Counted from the first letter of the stretch, positions 46,864 to 57,172 are shown. The stretch is DNA of 64,000 bases from an uncultured Nitrospirota bacterium (GCA_947259355.1 CAMYMF010000003.1:25085-89084); one strand, 5' to 3'. Numbers and translations: made by a program. Notes: generated by a model from the letters alone, not told the origin.

Positions 46864-48018
46864 CTATTCCTTGATGCCCTTCCCCGTGTTGATCAAATTG
46901 AAAACCTTGCTGTCTCCTGATTTTGAGAGAATAGCCGCCGGACGAGGTCTTCGGATCAACCCCAGGACAATCCCGCCATCTCTGTTTTGCCGGTCATAGT
47001 CTCCCTGACCGCCCCGACCGCCCTCGGGCGTGTAGTTGATATATTGATGCGGAATGAGTCGGTGCTGCCGATCTCTCTTCAGTCGAGCTTGCGCAATATC
47101 GGCGAATTCGAAAATATATGCGCCGTTCTCGTGTCGGTTCTTCCCTACCCGTGATCCGCTGGGTGTCGCCATGAGAAAGACACGCCCCTTCGCTTCGAAC
47201 AGGCTGGAGCCCATCAGCACGAGGGCCCCCAGCGCTTGGCTGTCCCCGTAGTTCAGCAAAGTCCCCACATAGAACCAGCTCTTGCCGTGATCCTTCGAAG
47301 CGATCAGGAAGGTTTTCCGGGTCTTCCACTGCCCCATACCGCTCGGGCTGCGGCTACCGTCGAGGCTTAGATAGATGACCCCGTCCTTGTACAGCGCGCC
47401 CGGCTCCGTAAACATCCGGTAGCCTTGCAGGTCGCGGTGCAGACTGCTCAGATCGAATTGGGCTTTGTACGGTGCGGGCGGCGCTCCGCCGGCACCGAAC
47501 AGGGCAATTTCCTCCGACCAGGGACCGCCCGGATCTGCGGCATGACGGTGGGCTATCCAGCCATAGGCATAGATCTTGTCTTTTCCCTGAAACGGCTTTT
47601 TTGTAAAGTATCTGTGCCAGAAGACCTTCCACTGCCGGCCAGGGTCTTGCGGGTCATAGACGAGTGCAGACACTTCGTGCCTCCAGACACCGGGAATCCT
47701 TTGCCCGGCATGCGCAATACTGGCATCATCGGACGTGTTGAGCGCCTGGACAAAACGCCATGTCCCGCCGTGATCCGTCGAGCGGGCCAGGTGTGTTTCG
47801 ATCTTCGGCATGCTGACGGACGAGTAGCTCATCCATCCCGTACCGTTCGCTTCATACTCGATGGACGGATCGTAGACGCCGTGCGCAGCCTCTTCACCCT
47901 GAATCTTCAGGGGAGGTGGCAATGGGTTCTTATCAGCTCGCGCGCTTCCTTGGCCGTTCAGGCAGGCCACGCTGAACAGAAGCGCACAGACAAGAGAAAG
48001 ACCCCGGTGATGCATCAT
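46864..48018 (-). CDS. Secreted BNR/Asp-box repeat protein (sialidase/glycoside-hydrolase-like beta-propeller)
   Basis: Start MMHHRGLSLVCALLFSVACLNGQGSA (signal peptide) at 48018. Asp-box motifs STDHGGTW and SKDHGKSW. The track merges this with upstream out-of-frame sequence into a 704-aa ORF (46864..48978). Confidence 0.65.
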   Translation of the reverse strand: MMHHRGLSLVCALLFSVACLNGQGSARADKNPLPPPLKIQGEEAAHGVYDPSIEYEANGTGWMSYSSVSMPKIETHLARSTDHGGTWRFVQALNTSDDASIAHAGQRIPGVWRHEVSALVYDPQDPGRQWKVFWHRYFTKKPFQGKDKIYAYGWIAHRHAADPGGPWSEEIALFGAGGAPPAPYKAQFDLSSLHRDLQGYRMFTEPGALYKDGVIYLSLDGSRSPSGMGQWKTRKTFLIASKDHGKSWFYVGTLLNYGDSQALGALVLMGSSLFEAKGRVFLMATPSGSRVGKNRHENGAYIFEFADIAQARLKRDRQHRLIPHQYINYTPEGGRGGQGDYDRQNRDGGIVLGLIRRPRPAAILSKSGDSKVFNLINTGKGIKE

Positions 48019-48064
48019 TAGCTCCCAGCCGTCGCTCAGTGGGTCAGCCCCGGGTCGAAGGCCC

Positions 48065-48937
48065 CTAAACGAGCGGAAGTTCTGTTGGTATTCGAGAAAC
48101 GTGCGCGTTATACAGGGGGTTATTGAAAAAATGGCACACAAAAAAACCTTCATTCCACTGGTCTGGGATACATCTCTTGTATCGGAGACCGTTGATTTTC
48201 CCGAGTTTAACCTGCTCGTGCCGGGCGTTGAACTCCTTGATGGCCAGCAGTTCGCCCACTTCATCAAAATGGTACTCATCGTCATGCCCGAGAGTATCAT
48301 CAAAATAACACAACACACGCGGCAGATATCTCTCCGTTGGATGCTCCAGAATCCGCAGCGCTTCCTTGGTGGAGCTGTAATAATCGAGATCAAATGAAAT
48401 GAACCCGACGGGCGGGCTGTCGTTCTTGTCGAAGAACTCGGGCACCGTGTCGCGCACATCACCGAGAACCAGTGTGCTCCGCCGGAGCCGTTCGCGCAAA
48501 CGCTTCTCATCCATCTTGTAAGATCCTTGACTCCAGGCGTAAGGCAGGTCCCGGTAGTCCCGGGGCATGGGCAAGCCCTCGACGATATCAAAACCATAAG
48601 TACGCACGCCCACCCCCAATTCCCGCTCCACCGCATCGGCGATATGCTCCATGGCCACAAGACCGTTGCCACCGGCCACACCGAATTCCATGGCGGTGAT
48701 GTTCGGAATTTCAAGGGCCTTGGCCTGCAGGGCTGCCTTGTAGATGCCGTAAGCGTAAGGAGCGCCTTGAATCGCGTCAAATCTAACGCGCCATCCCAGG
48801 GGCAGCCCCGGAAGCATACGAAAAGCAAGTTTGAACAACTTGCTGGGCGTGGACGCGAGCTTGACCAGCTTCTCCACCAGCCCATCAAAGCCTGCGCGTG
48901 TTGCGGTGCCGGAATTGCTCGCCATAGGTTTTTGCAC
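48065..48937 (-). CDS. Class I SAM-dependent O-methyltransferase, TylF/MycF-like
   Basis: 290 aa. SAM motif I ITAMEFGVAGGNGLVAM and TLVLGDVRDTVPEF resemble macrocin-O-methyltransferase-family sugar O-MTases. Confidence 0.55.
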   Translation of the reverse strand: MQKPMASNSGTATRAGFDGLVEKLVKLASTPSKLFKLAFRMLPGLPLGWRVRFDAIQGAPYAYGIYKAALQAKALEIPNITAMEFGVAGGNGLVAMEHIADAVERELGVGVRTYGFDIVEGLPMPRDYRDLPYAWSQGSYKMDEKRLRERLRRSTLVLGDVRDTVPEFFDKNDSPPVGFISFDLDYYSSTKEALRILEHPTERYLPRVLCYFDDTLGHDDEYHFDEVGELLAIKEFNARHEQVKLGKINGLRYKRCIPDQWNEGFFVCHFFNNPLYNAHVSRIPTELPLV

Positions 48938-48997
48938 TCCTTCACTTGATTCGCAAGGTCCCGCTTCAGGACTCCCAAAGGATTTAATCAGAGGGTC

Positions 48998-49618
48998 CTA
49001 TGTAGCCTGTTTGGCACGCTGTCGATAGAGCTTCGGATTGATGACCGCAGCCATTTGCTTCAATGCCAGCTCACGCCCCAGAAAGGGCTGCAGCCTCCGC
49101 AAGGGGACCATCGCATCGGTCATGAGTTCATTATAACTGATTTCCATGAAAGCAATGTTCTTTTTGTTTTCCAGGGCTGTGTAGACCTCATGCATGTGCT
49201 TTTCAAGAATCATCTGCATCTGACTGTGCGGAATTTCCTCGGGCTTTCGGTTGTTTCGAAGAAGCATCCTGCGCTGTGATGCCAGTATTTCAGGCATACT
49301 GCGCCGCATGAATATCATCTTGTACATATAGTTGGGCGGCAAGAAAGGAAGAAGGGCAAAGATAATCTTTACGGCCTTACCCGTTGCGTCAGGAAGCCAG
49401 GCATGGTCGCCTTCCGGCAGCATCTTCACCCGCTCAAACTCATAATATCCCTGCGGATTGTCTGCGTCGGCCCGGCGCATCTGATCGGTCAACAGCGCGA
49501 CGCCGCCCGCCTCCAGCATTTTCATCATGAGGGAGGTACCCGATCGCGGCAGTCCCGAAACGACGATGATGGGTCGGGATCGTTTTTGAATTCCCAGGGT
49601 GCGTAGCAGTTTCTTCAT
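48998..49618 (-). CDS. Sulfotransferase family protein
   Basis: 206 aa. 5'-PSB P-loop-like IIVVSGLPRSGTSLMMKML and 3'-PB-like region. Confidence 0.7.
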   Translation of the reverse strand: MKKLLRTLGIQKRSRPIIVVSGLPRSGTSLMMKMLEAGGVALLTDQMRRADADNPQGYYEFERVKMLPEGDHAWLPDATGKAVKIIFALLPFLPPNYMYKMIFMRRSMPEILASQRRMLLRNNRKPEEIPHSQMQMILEKHMHEVYTALENKKNIAFMEISYNELMTDAMVPLRRLQPFLGRELALKQMAAVINPKLYRQRAKQAT

Positions 49619-50550
49619 GGTATCACTTTCATCTGATCAGCTGCCGCTTGAGACAAAGGATCCACCCGAACGTGGCAGGTGCGTTTACACGCGTTGCCCA
49701 CAAGCAGAATGGCGCACCGAAGGCTCAGGATCAGACCTGCCAAGAGCGTTCGTGGATCCAGCAGGCCCGCGGTATAGTGCGTGCGATAGAACCGCCAGGC
49801 ACCTCGGTGAAACGCAATGATCCGTTGGGGGCTCTTCTTGTGGGTCCGTTTATTCTGTTCATGATGCACGAGCGCGGCCTTTGGGATACAGTATATCTTG
49901 TCCCCCACCTTCTGAATTCGCTTGCACCAGTCTGAATCCACCCAGTAGCCCGAGTAGCGCTCATCCCAGACCCCCGCCCGATCCAGCAGGACCCTTCTGA
50001 AGAGCATGCACGCTGCGGAGATCTGTTCAACCTGAAAGGGGTCTGTTTTGTGTAGATTCTGCCGCGCCAAGTAGCGCTGCGAAAACGGGTTGCGGGGAAA
50101 CAGCGCGGTCAGGAGACTCTGGCGTCCGAACAGCCCGTTCACCGCGGCGGGAAAACTGCGGGCACTTTCCTGTATGGTACCGTCGGAATTATAAGTTCTG
50201 GGAGCCACCATACCGACGGCGGGGTTGGCATCCAGAAAGGACATCATCTGCGCCAGGCAACCCGGAGCGATTTCAGTGTCTGCATCGAGAAGAAGCATGT
50301 AATCGCCTTTCAGCATGCGTAGCCCTTGATTCACGGCGCGCGTGTGCCCTACATTGGCAGCATTGATGACGCTCAACAATTCGGGATGATGGGCTCTGAG
50401 TTTTTCGTCCGTCCCGTCCTGCGAGGCATTGTCCACCACAACGATTTCTCTTATGGGCCAGTCCGACGCATACAGCGAATGCAGGCATGCGTCCAGAAGT
50501 GGCCAGCAGTTGTAACTAATGATCAACACCGATACGCTGTTTGCGTTCAT
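49615..50550 (-). CDS. Glycosyltransferase family 2 (paralog of 45800..46735)
   Basis: VSVLIISYNCWPLLDACLHSL...IVVVDNASQDGT...DADTE; C-terminal blocks collinear with the other GT2. Confidence 0.8.
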   Translation of the reverse strand: MNANSVSVLIISYNCWPLLDACLHSLYASDWPIREIVVVDNASQDGTDEKLRAHHPELLSVINAANVGHTRAVNQGLRMLKGDYMLLLDADTEIAPGCLAQMMSFLDANPAVGMVAPRTYNSDGTIQESARSFPAAVNGLFGRQSLLTALFPRNPFSQRYLARQNLHKTDPFQVEQISAACMLFRRVLLDRAGVWDERYSGYWVDSDWCKRIQKVGDKIYCIPKAALVHHEQNKRTHKKSPQRIIAFHRGAWRFYRTHYTAGLLDPRTLLAGLILSLRCAILLVGNACKRTCHVRVDPLSQAAADQMKVIP

Positions 50551-50580
50551 CTTATTCTCAGACGCAGGGTCGGACGCGCC

Positions 50581-52191
50581 TCACTTCAAGTAGCCCAGAC
50601 CTTGTAAATAACGGGTCAGTCTTTGCCTTTCGGCGTCCGTCAGGTTGCCATCCTGAATTTGCTGAACACCGTCGGTATCTTCATATGCGATGCGCCGGCC
50701 CTCCATTCGTTCGGGGTTTAGCATCTGCTGCAATACTGTGCCGTCCATCTCCCGAGGCACCGGCAGGCCCATCAGATACAGAGCGGTCGGTGCGATGTCA
50801 TAGACGCTTGCATCGCAACGATCGCCACCCACGGGCTTGCCGAAGGCGCACAGTATACCGTCCGGATCATGATCGCCGCTAATATCCAGGTTGCCGAGCT
50901 TGTGTGCCTGTAGAACATCGCCCCCCAGCTCCTCCCGAATGGAGTAACCTGGCCGCATGGTGACCACCAGGTCGGGCGTGTCAATGCCTTCCGTCGGGGT
51001 GTAGAGTTCACTGCCCCGATGGACGCGAGCGACAATGGGTTCCTGCGATTCGGGATCCCGCACCTGCATGAGGGCCGTTTCGATTTGACGACTGACGTTC
51101 TCAGCCTCCTGCCGTGGAACAATGCCCGATGGCTCCCGGCCGCAAAGATTCAGAAAAATCATGCCATACCCATAGAGGGCGAAAGCCTTCGTCTGCTCCC
51201 AGTCAACGGCGTCCTCGGCAAGGCTGGCGCCGGGAAGCGCCTGCTTCAGGGCGTGTCGGATGGGCCCTGGCAAGAACGCCTTGAGTCTGTTCAGACCGAT
51301 CCGTTCAACAGCTGCCGAAAGCAGTGGGCTCCTGATGACAGCGCGATGCAGGCGCAGCCCTTTTCCCGATGTAGCCGTCCGAAGTTTGAGCAGACCACTC
51401 TCCCTGAGAAAGTTGTTGATATAGAAACTTTTTCGGGATGCCGTGAATCCGTGATCAGAGACGAGAAAGAGCGCTGTGCGCTCATCCATGGCGCCAAGAA
51501 TGTCACCGAGAATGCTGTCCACCAGCCGGTAGTAGTCCACACACACGGCGTCCATTGCCATGACGTCCTCCCAGCAGACATGCTGCAAACGATCCGTACC
51601 CACGAGGACATGAAAGTAGAGATCCCAGTTCTCTTCTCTGAGAAAGTGGTTGATGATCTTTCTGCGGTCCGATGTCATCGCAAAGAGCTCGTCAATAAGG
51701 CCCTGCTTGTTGCCCGAGAGAATATGCTTGCTGCTATCCACATCAATCTGATATTGGGGCGCCAGCGTGAAAAGCTTTTTCCGAAAAGACGCTGGATAAA
51801 TGAAGTCGGCATGGGTTCCGGGCGTCATCATGCCGGAGATCATAATCCCATGAACCGGATCCGGGGGATAGGTAAATGGTACATCCGCCACAATAACTCG
51901 CCGGCCCTGTCGCGTTGCCGCGCGCCAGATGGGTTCGGCTGACAACGACATGTTACGGGTTCCCAGTTCCGTTTGATACCCTCTGCGTCTGCGAAAGTCG
52001 AAGACACCATGCTTGCCGGGATTGCGGCCCGTCGCGATGGAGGTCCAGCTGGGTCCTGTGACGGCTGGTACGGTGGCCTTGAGTGTACCCGAAGCCCCAC
52101 CCTCGAGAATCGCTTGGAAATTCGGCAGGTGGCCGGCCGAAACGTATGGCTGAATGACCCGATGGGTCAGGCCATCCAGACCAAGAATCAT
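50581..52191 (-). CDS. Alkaline-phosphatase-superfamily protein (type I phosphodiesterase/nucleotide pyrophosphatase-like)
   Basis: MILGLDGLT...PNFQAIL...TVPAVTGPSWTSIATGRNPGKHGV metal-site motifs. Preferred start ATG 52191 or GTG 52206; the track ORF to 52491 would overlap the Wzy-like gene by 230 nt. Confidence 0.65.
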   Translation of the reverse strand: MILGLDGLTHRVIQPYVSAGHLPNFQAILEGGASGTLKATVPAVTGPSWTSIATGRNPGKHGVFDFRRRRGYQTELGTRNMSLSAEPIWRAATRQGRRVIVADVPFTYPPDPVHGIMISGMMTPGTHADFIYPASFRKKLFTLAPQYQIDVDSSKHILSGNKQGLIDELFAMTSDRRKIINHFLREENWDLYFHVLVGTDRLQHVCWEDVMAMDAVCVDYYRLVDSILGDILGAMDERTALFLVSDHGFTASRKSFYINNFLRESGLLKLRTATSGKGLRLHRAVIRSPLLSAAVERIGLNRLKAFLPGPIRHALKQALPGASLAEDAVDWEQTKAFALYGYGMIFLNLCGREPSGIVPRQEAENVSRQIETALMQVRDPESQEPIVARVHRGSELYTPTEGIDTPDLVVTMRPGYSIREELGGDVLQAHKLGNLDISGDHDPDGILCAFGKPVGGDRCDASVYDIAPTALYLMGLPVPREMDGTVLQQMLNPERMEGRRIAYEDTDGVQQIQDGNLTDAERQRLTRYLQGLGYLK

Positions 52192-52259
52192 CACTCTGCA
52201 ATTCACTGCGTCGCCTCCCTCACGGCGCTCCGCCCAAACTCCCTGGGGCGCCAGTGGTG

Positions 52260-53771
52260 CTACGTCTGTTGCGCGTTGTAGACCTGAGGATACTCCGAGC
52301 CTGTTATATGGCGCATCCGCTGAAAGGCTGCACCCAGTGCCATGTAGGTCCAGAACTGCGCATTGGGGACAGCCTCCCGAAACATGGGATCCGTCAAGCC
52401 GTCCACCAGATAGGCCAGCAGCCCGACCAGCGTAGCCAGGGCAACTGCCCGTAGCAGCGGTATGGGGTGGCCCTTCAGTGTCTTCCAGCACTGACGCATG
52501 GCGGCGGCGATGGCACCAAAGAAGAAGACGAAGCCCAGCAACCCGATTTCAGCCGCCGTATAGAGGAATATATTGTGTACCGGCAGCTCCGTCTGAGCCG
52601 GGACATGCTGCGAGGCCACCTTGGGGTGATCCAGCGCATCAATGTAATTCCCCGGCCCGGCACCCAGCAGGAAATTGTGCCGCCAGATATGCAGCGCTGT
52701 GCGATTCAGTTCAAATCGCGATGCCATAATTTCCGGGGGCGCCTCGAAAACACGGCGATAGAGATGACTGTACGCCTGCGGGTAGAGACAAGACGCTCCC
52801 AGGACGACCAGAAGCATGATCCCCACAATTCTTTTCTGCTTCCACACAAAAGCGATGACGCCAGACGCAACCAACGCGGCCACGGCAAAACCGAGCCAGC
52901 CGGAGCGCGAAAAGGTTATGACGAGCCCCACCAAGCCCAGCACGAGGACAAGACCGTAGAGCAGACGGGCGCGAAGGGTTTCGCCGACACAGGCGAGCAT
53001 CGCCATGGGAACGGGCAGCAGCATGGCGTAGTACAGGCCCAGCGTATGGGAGTCGTTCGTTGTGCCGGCAGCACGCCACTCGTCTTCTATACCGGGAACA
53101 GCATACTGGACACCGAAATTCGGGGAATGTATATTGCCCTTGATATTGCCGATATTCACGTATCCCGTGATCCGCTCAAAAAAGGCAATGGCACTTTCTA
53201 AGACGATGGCCATGAGAAAAAGCGCAACGATGCCCTTGAGATGACGGCGCTCGATTTTCCGGGACAAGAAGAAGTACATCAGCATGTGTTTGACCGTATA
53301 GATCACATCAAAGGTCCCCAGAACTTTGTTGGGGGCCAGGGAGAGGGAGAGGAGCTTGACACCCAGCAGGCATCCCACAAGAACGTCGATCCCCTTGAGT
53401 TTCGGCAAACTCTCCACGCGCGCGACAAAGATCTGTACAAACCAAACCGCATAAGCCACAAGCAGCAGGAGCTCTGCCAGCCCCAAGCTCACCCCCCGGA
53501 CCGGCACCACCACCTCCTGTACGAACAACCACTTCCCGAATATGGCGAAGGGAATGTGCAGGACCAGGGCGTAAACCAGGAAATCCACCAGGCGGTGTAT
53601 GAACATCATCGCAAACGCCAGGAACATCAGGCCGCCGGCCAGCGCGAGACCGTAGCGGAAATCCATGTTCATGATTTTCATGGGAATCACGGCAAAAAGG
53701 GCGCCGGCCATGACCACGCCAATGTACTTGACCGAGCTTCGCATTGAGCTGAGACTGGTAAAGGGAATCAT
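52260..53771 (-). CDS. O-antigen ligase/Wzy-like polysaccharide polymerase (polytopic membrane protein)
   Basis: 503 aa with 10 or more predicted TM helices, plus a periplasmic loop with a Wzy_C-like pattern. Confidence 0.7.
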   Translation of the reverse strand: MIPFTSLSSMRSSVKYIGVVMAGALFAVIPMKIMNMDFRYGLALAGGLMFLAFAMMFIHRLVDFLVYALVLHIPFAIFGKWLFVQEVVVPVRGVSLGLAELLLLVAYAVWFVQIFVARVESLPKLKGIDVLVGCLLGVKLLSLSLAPNKVLGTFDVIYTVKHMLMYFFLSRKIERRHLKGIVALFLMAIVLESAIAFFERITGYVNIGNIKGNIHSPNFGVQYAVPGIEDEWRAAGTTNDSHTLGLYYAMLLPVPMAMLACVGETLRARLLYGLVLVLGLVGLVITFSRSGWLGFAVAALVASGVIAFVWKQKRIVGIMLLVVLGASCLYPQAYSHLYRRVFEAPPEIMASRFELNRTALHIWRHNFLLGAGPGNYIDALDHPKVASQHVPAQTELPVHNIFLYTAAEIGLLGFVFFFGAIAAAMRQCWKTLKGHPIPLLRAVALATLVGLLAYLVDGLTDPMFREAVPNAQFWTYMALGAAFQRMRHITGSEYPQVYNAQQT

Positions 53772-53823
53772 AACATATACCTTTCGCAGTTATTGGCCTT
53801 GGGTTCTCGTTTCATCTCACCCG

Positions 53824-54939
53824 CTAAATCAAATATTTGTAGACCGCTTCATAGGCTGAAACCATATCGCGTGCCGTCCGCTCCCAGGTGAAGCGGCGCG
53901 CCCGCTTGAGCCCGCGAGCAATTAGTTCTGCGCGCACGCTGTCATTGCTCAGGACCTTCTCGATGGCATCGGCCATGTCCACCGGCTTACGGGGATCAAA
54001 ATAGACGGCAGCATCTCCCACCACTTCCGGAACAGAGGTGACCTGGGACGCCACCACCGGCGTACCGCAGGCCATGGCCTCAAGAGGCGGAAGCCCGAAC
54101 CCTTCGGAAATGGTCGGAAAGACAAACAGATCGGCACCGTTGTAGAAATACGGGAGGGCTTCATGCGGCCGACGACCGGCAAGAATCACATCATTTGCCA
54201 GTTTCAACTTGTCCATCGTCCGGAATATCTCCTGTGAATAGTAACCGCTCTCGCCCACCAGAACCAATTTGTGGGGAAGACCGCTTTCTTCGCGAAGCAG
54301 TTGGTAGGCCCGCAAAAGCCTGTGCACGTTTTTCCGCCGGGTCAACGTACCGATGAAGAGAATGTAGGGCCCCGTGATCCCTTCGCGTTCCAGATACCCC
54401 TGAACCTCTGACGGATCCTGGACCCTCATTTCGTCTCCCAGCCCTGCAGGCGTGATGAAAACCCTTTCCTCCGGAATGGAATACTCCTCGATGAGCCGCT
54501 CCTTAAGATATGCCGTGTAACAAAAGAACGCCGACGCTTGCCGGATACCTCGATTCAACAGGAATTGAAGACGCCATCGAATGAGGGGGGGGTAGACCTC
54601 CGGCTGTGCGAATTGGCTCCAGCAGGACATGGTCAAAATAAATTTCCCGGGCACCACGGGAGGAGGCACCAACGTCGCGTGGAGCACATCCACAGGCCTG
54701 CGCTGCAGCTCCAGGGTCAATCCAAAGGCGATGCCCAGCCATTTACCGGACGGCTTGATCGTCTGCTTGGTGAAGTTGGAATTGCCGATTCTCACGTCTC
54801 TCACGGCATCTGCGGTCAGCCCATAAACAGTATAATTGTTGGAGCGATCGAGCTTGGCGATGGCTTCGATGGCCCGTTTGTCAAAGATGGCCGGGCCACC
54901 TGTCGTGCCAATGATGCTTGAGAAATAGCCGATATGCAT
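53824..54939 (-). CDS. Glycosyltransferase family 4 (GT-B, retaining)
   Basis: [20 protein letters not shown] and LVLVGESGY motifs. Confidence 0.85.
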   Translation of the reverse strand: MHIGYFSSIIGTTGGPAIFDKRAIEAIAKLDRSNNYTVYGLTADAVRDVRIGNSNFTKQTIKPSGKWLGIAFGLTLELQRRPVDVLHATLVPPPVVPGKFILTMSCWSQFAQPEVYPPLIRWRLQFLLNRGIRQASAFFCYTAYLKERLIEEYSIPEERVFITPAGLGDEMRVQDPSEVQGYLEREGITGPYILFIGTLTRRKNVHRLLRAYQLLREESGLPHKLVLVGESGYYSQEIFRTMDKLKLANDVILAGRRPHEALPYFYNGADLFVFPTISEGFGLPPLEAMACGTPVVASQVTSVPEVVGDAAVYFDPRKPVDMADAIEKVLSNDSVRAELIARGLKRARRFTWERTARDMVSAYEAVYKYLI

Positions 54940-54952
54940 TTTCCGTCCTTAT

Positions 54953-55942
54953 TTATGCATGCCTGTGCGCCATCCGACGGAGGTGCTTTTGCCGGTATCC
55001 CTTGCGCAAGTGATAATTCACGACCCCCCGATAAGTGTAGGAGTTCGCCAGGCAGGAGGCCACCCGGTTTTTGTCGGCTCTCTTCAAGAGGGGCAGCCAG
55101 AAATAGTCAACGCTCCACTGATTAAAGAAAACACCTCTCAGCAATTCCCGGGGCAACATCACCAGAAATGCCGCTGGGCCCGCTTCAAGGGAGAGAATGG
55201 AATACTGTCTGAAAATATAAGACTTGGGGATATGGTCACTCAATAAATCAAAGTTCCATCCCCTCTCAAAGGCCCGCTGGCAGGCTCTCTCCAGGGTCTC
55301 CGCATGATAGTGGTAGGCAAGCGCGGACTCCTGGTACAGGATTCGCAGTCCCTTCCGGCCAAGCCGATAACCGAGTTCTATGTCTTCATGGGCCGCCCCC
55401 TTCTGCTCGAGAAAAAGTCCGTTGGACAGAAGAAAGCGGCGCTTCACGGATATATTGCATGCAAAAAAACAGATGCTCTCAACTTCGCGCTTGCCGTTCA
55501 GGAGGTCATACCGGAAGGGATTCCAGTGCCGCTGAAAAATCGTTTGGGGCAGCTCCGGGGACTGCAGCACTTTTCCCAGCACGGCCACGTGAGGCTCCGG
55601 CTGGCGCAGGTGCGCGTTCCGATGCTCTTCCAACAGATGGGCGGTGGGGTGAATGTCATCGGCCAGCAGCAATACCACTTCATTCCTGGCGGCGCGAAGG
55701 CCTCGGTTCTGTGTGTAGCCTGGGCCGCGATTCTCATGCCGCAGACATCGGAGCCCGTAGGGTGAATCGGGCTGCAGCGCCTTCACCATGGCGGTGGTGC
55801 CGTCGGTGGAGCCGTCATCGACCACAATGACTTCGAATGCATCCATGTCCAATGACTGTTCGCGCAGCTTCAAGAGCGTCTCTCGAAGGGTTTCACAACG
55901 ATTGAAGGTCGCAATGACCACACTGAGCTCAGCGGGTTTCAT
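54953..55942 (-). CDS. Glycosyltransferase family 2
   Basis: MKPAELSVVIATFNRCETLRETL...VIVVDDGSTDGT. Start at 55942; the track ORF extends to 55978. Confidence 0.8.
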   Translation of the reverse strand: MKPAELSVVIATFNRCETLRETLLKLREQSLDMDAFEVIVVDDGSTDGTTAMVKALQPDSPYGLRCLRHENRGPGYTQNRGLRAARNEVVLLLADDIHPTAHLLEEHRNAHLRQPEPHVAVLGKVLQSPELPQTIFQRHWNPFRYDLLNGKREVESICFFACNISVKRRFLLSNGLFLEQKGAAHEDIELGYRLGRKGLRILYQESALAYHYHAETLERACQRAFERGWNFDLLSDHIPKSYIFRQYSILSLEAGPAAFLVMLPRELLRGVFFNQWSVDYFWLPLLKRADKNRVASCLANSYTYRGVVNYHLRKGYRQKHLRRMAHRHA

Positions 55943-56963
55943 CGGACTTTCCCTTCCTTTTCCAGCCGTCCCGCACACCTTTTCGGAAATAGTAGCCCGT
56001 CACCCGGGGCTCCAAGAAAGGGATGGAGGCTTCCAGAATCCGGTTGGTTTCGGCCTTTCGAATGATAGGCACCACGACGTAGGGAATGGTCACACCGTTG
56101 AAGAGGCTCAGGCGTACCATGTCACGAAGCAGTGTGCGAAAATACTCGGGGGCCTCCAGCTTGGGTGAAAGGATCTTGGCAAACTTATGGCATTTATTGT
56201 GCGGCACTCGCTCTTCGTAGAGATGGAAATTCCTGCCCGTCACATAGGCGCGCTGAATGACGGACTCGATGGTTTGCGGATGATAATGATAGGCCAAGGC
56301 CTCGGGGCAATACAGCAGTTTCATGCCCCGGCGAAAGAGCCGGTTGCCCAATTCGAGATCCTCCATAGCCGGTTCGGGATGCTCCCAGAAAAGACCATGC
56401 TCGAGAAAGAAAGCACGCTTCATGGAAAGGTTGCTGACCCAGAAGTCAAATTCGCCCAAATTCTTCTTTTCTCTGCGGTGCCAGTCTTTGAAGGGGTCCA
56501 TGGCGCGGTGCAGCGCGGTGGGAGGGAGTTCCTCGGACTGCCGGATATCCCCCACCACCGCCACGTGGCGTTGTGGATGCCGCTGGTGCATTTCCCAATG
56601 GGCCTTCACCGCGCCGGGAATCGCCAGCATATCGTTCGCGAGAAAATGAATGACCGTCGCCCGGGCCTCTTTGGCGCCGCGATTGTGCGCCGCGCCCGGT
56701 CCGGAATGGGCCTGGGCGATGAGGCGAACCTCGTAGGGAAGCGTCCGGGCCATCTTCGCCACCATCTTCTGGGTTCCATCCGAAGAGCCATCGTCCACGA
56801 CGAGCAGTTCGAAGTTCCCTGGAGGGGCTTGTTGCACCGCCAGACGCTCCATGACCATTCGCAGGATATCTATTCGGTTAAATGTCGCCGTGATGACACT
56901 GATTGCCGGCGATTTCGCTGCAGCTTCTCTGTTTCTAGCCATCGTATTGAATTGTTTCGCCAT
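55929..56963 (-). CDS. Glycosyltransferase family 2 (tandem paralog of 54953..55942)
   Basis: ISVITATFNRIDILRMVMERL...LLVVDDGSSDGT; collinear blocks (LAYHYH, ERG/TGRNF) with the neighbouring GT2. Confidence 0.8.
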   Translation of the reverse strand: MAKQFNTMARNREAAAKSPAISVITATFNRIDILRMVMERLAVQQAPPGNFELLVVDDGSSDGTQKMVAKMARTLPYEVRLIAQAHSGPGAAHNRGAKEARATVIHFLANDMLAIPGAVKAHWEMHQRHPQRHVAVVGDIRQSEELPPTALHRAMDPFKDWHRREKKNLGEFDFWVSNLSMKRAFFLEHGLFWEHPEPAMEDLELGNRLFRRGMKLLYCPEALAYHYHPQTIESVIQRAYVTGRNFHLYEERVPHNKCHKFAKILSPKLEAPEYFRTLLRDMVRLSLFNGVTIPYVVVPIIRKAETNRILEASIPFLEPRVTGYYFRKGVRDGWKRKGKSDETR

Positions 56964-57172
56964 TTAATTGTTGCGGAGACTCCGGCAAACCTTCCGAAAA
57001 CCGGCCTCGCCGGTCGGTCCCCCGAGACCCGCTTGCACGTGGCACTTGGGCACAGCCATCCCCCTTTTCGCCAAAATCTGCCCCAGAATCAATGATTTGA
57101 CGAAGATGCAAGAATCGCAGTGCTCTTTCGTATATTTTCGCACGAGAATCGCTTTGCCGTAAAGAAAACTCT

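Noticed and set aside
50581-52491. N-terminal 100-aa extension of the alkaline-phosphatase-family ORF
   Set aside because: The extension is Gly/Ser/Ala-rich with no signal-peptide character, and it would overlap the Wzy-like gene by 230 nt. An internal ATG or GTG start at 52191 or 52206 is preferred.
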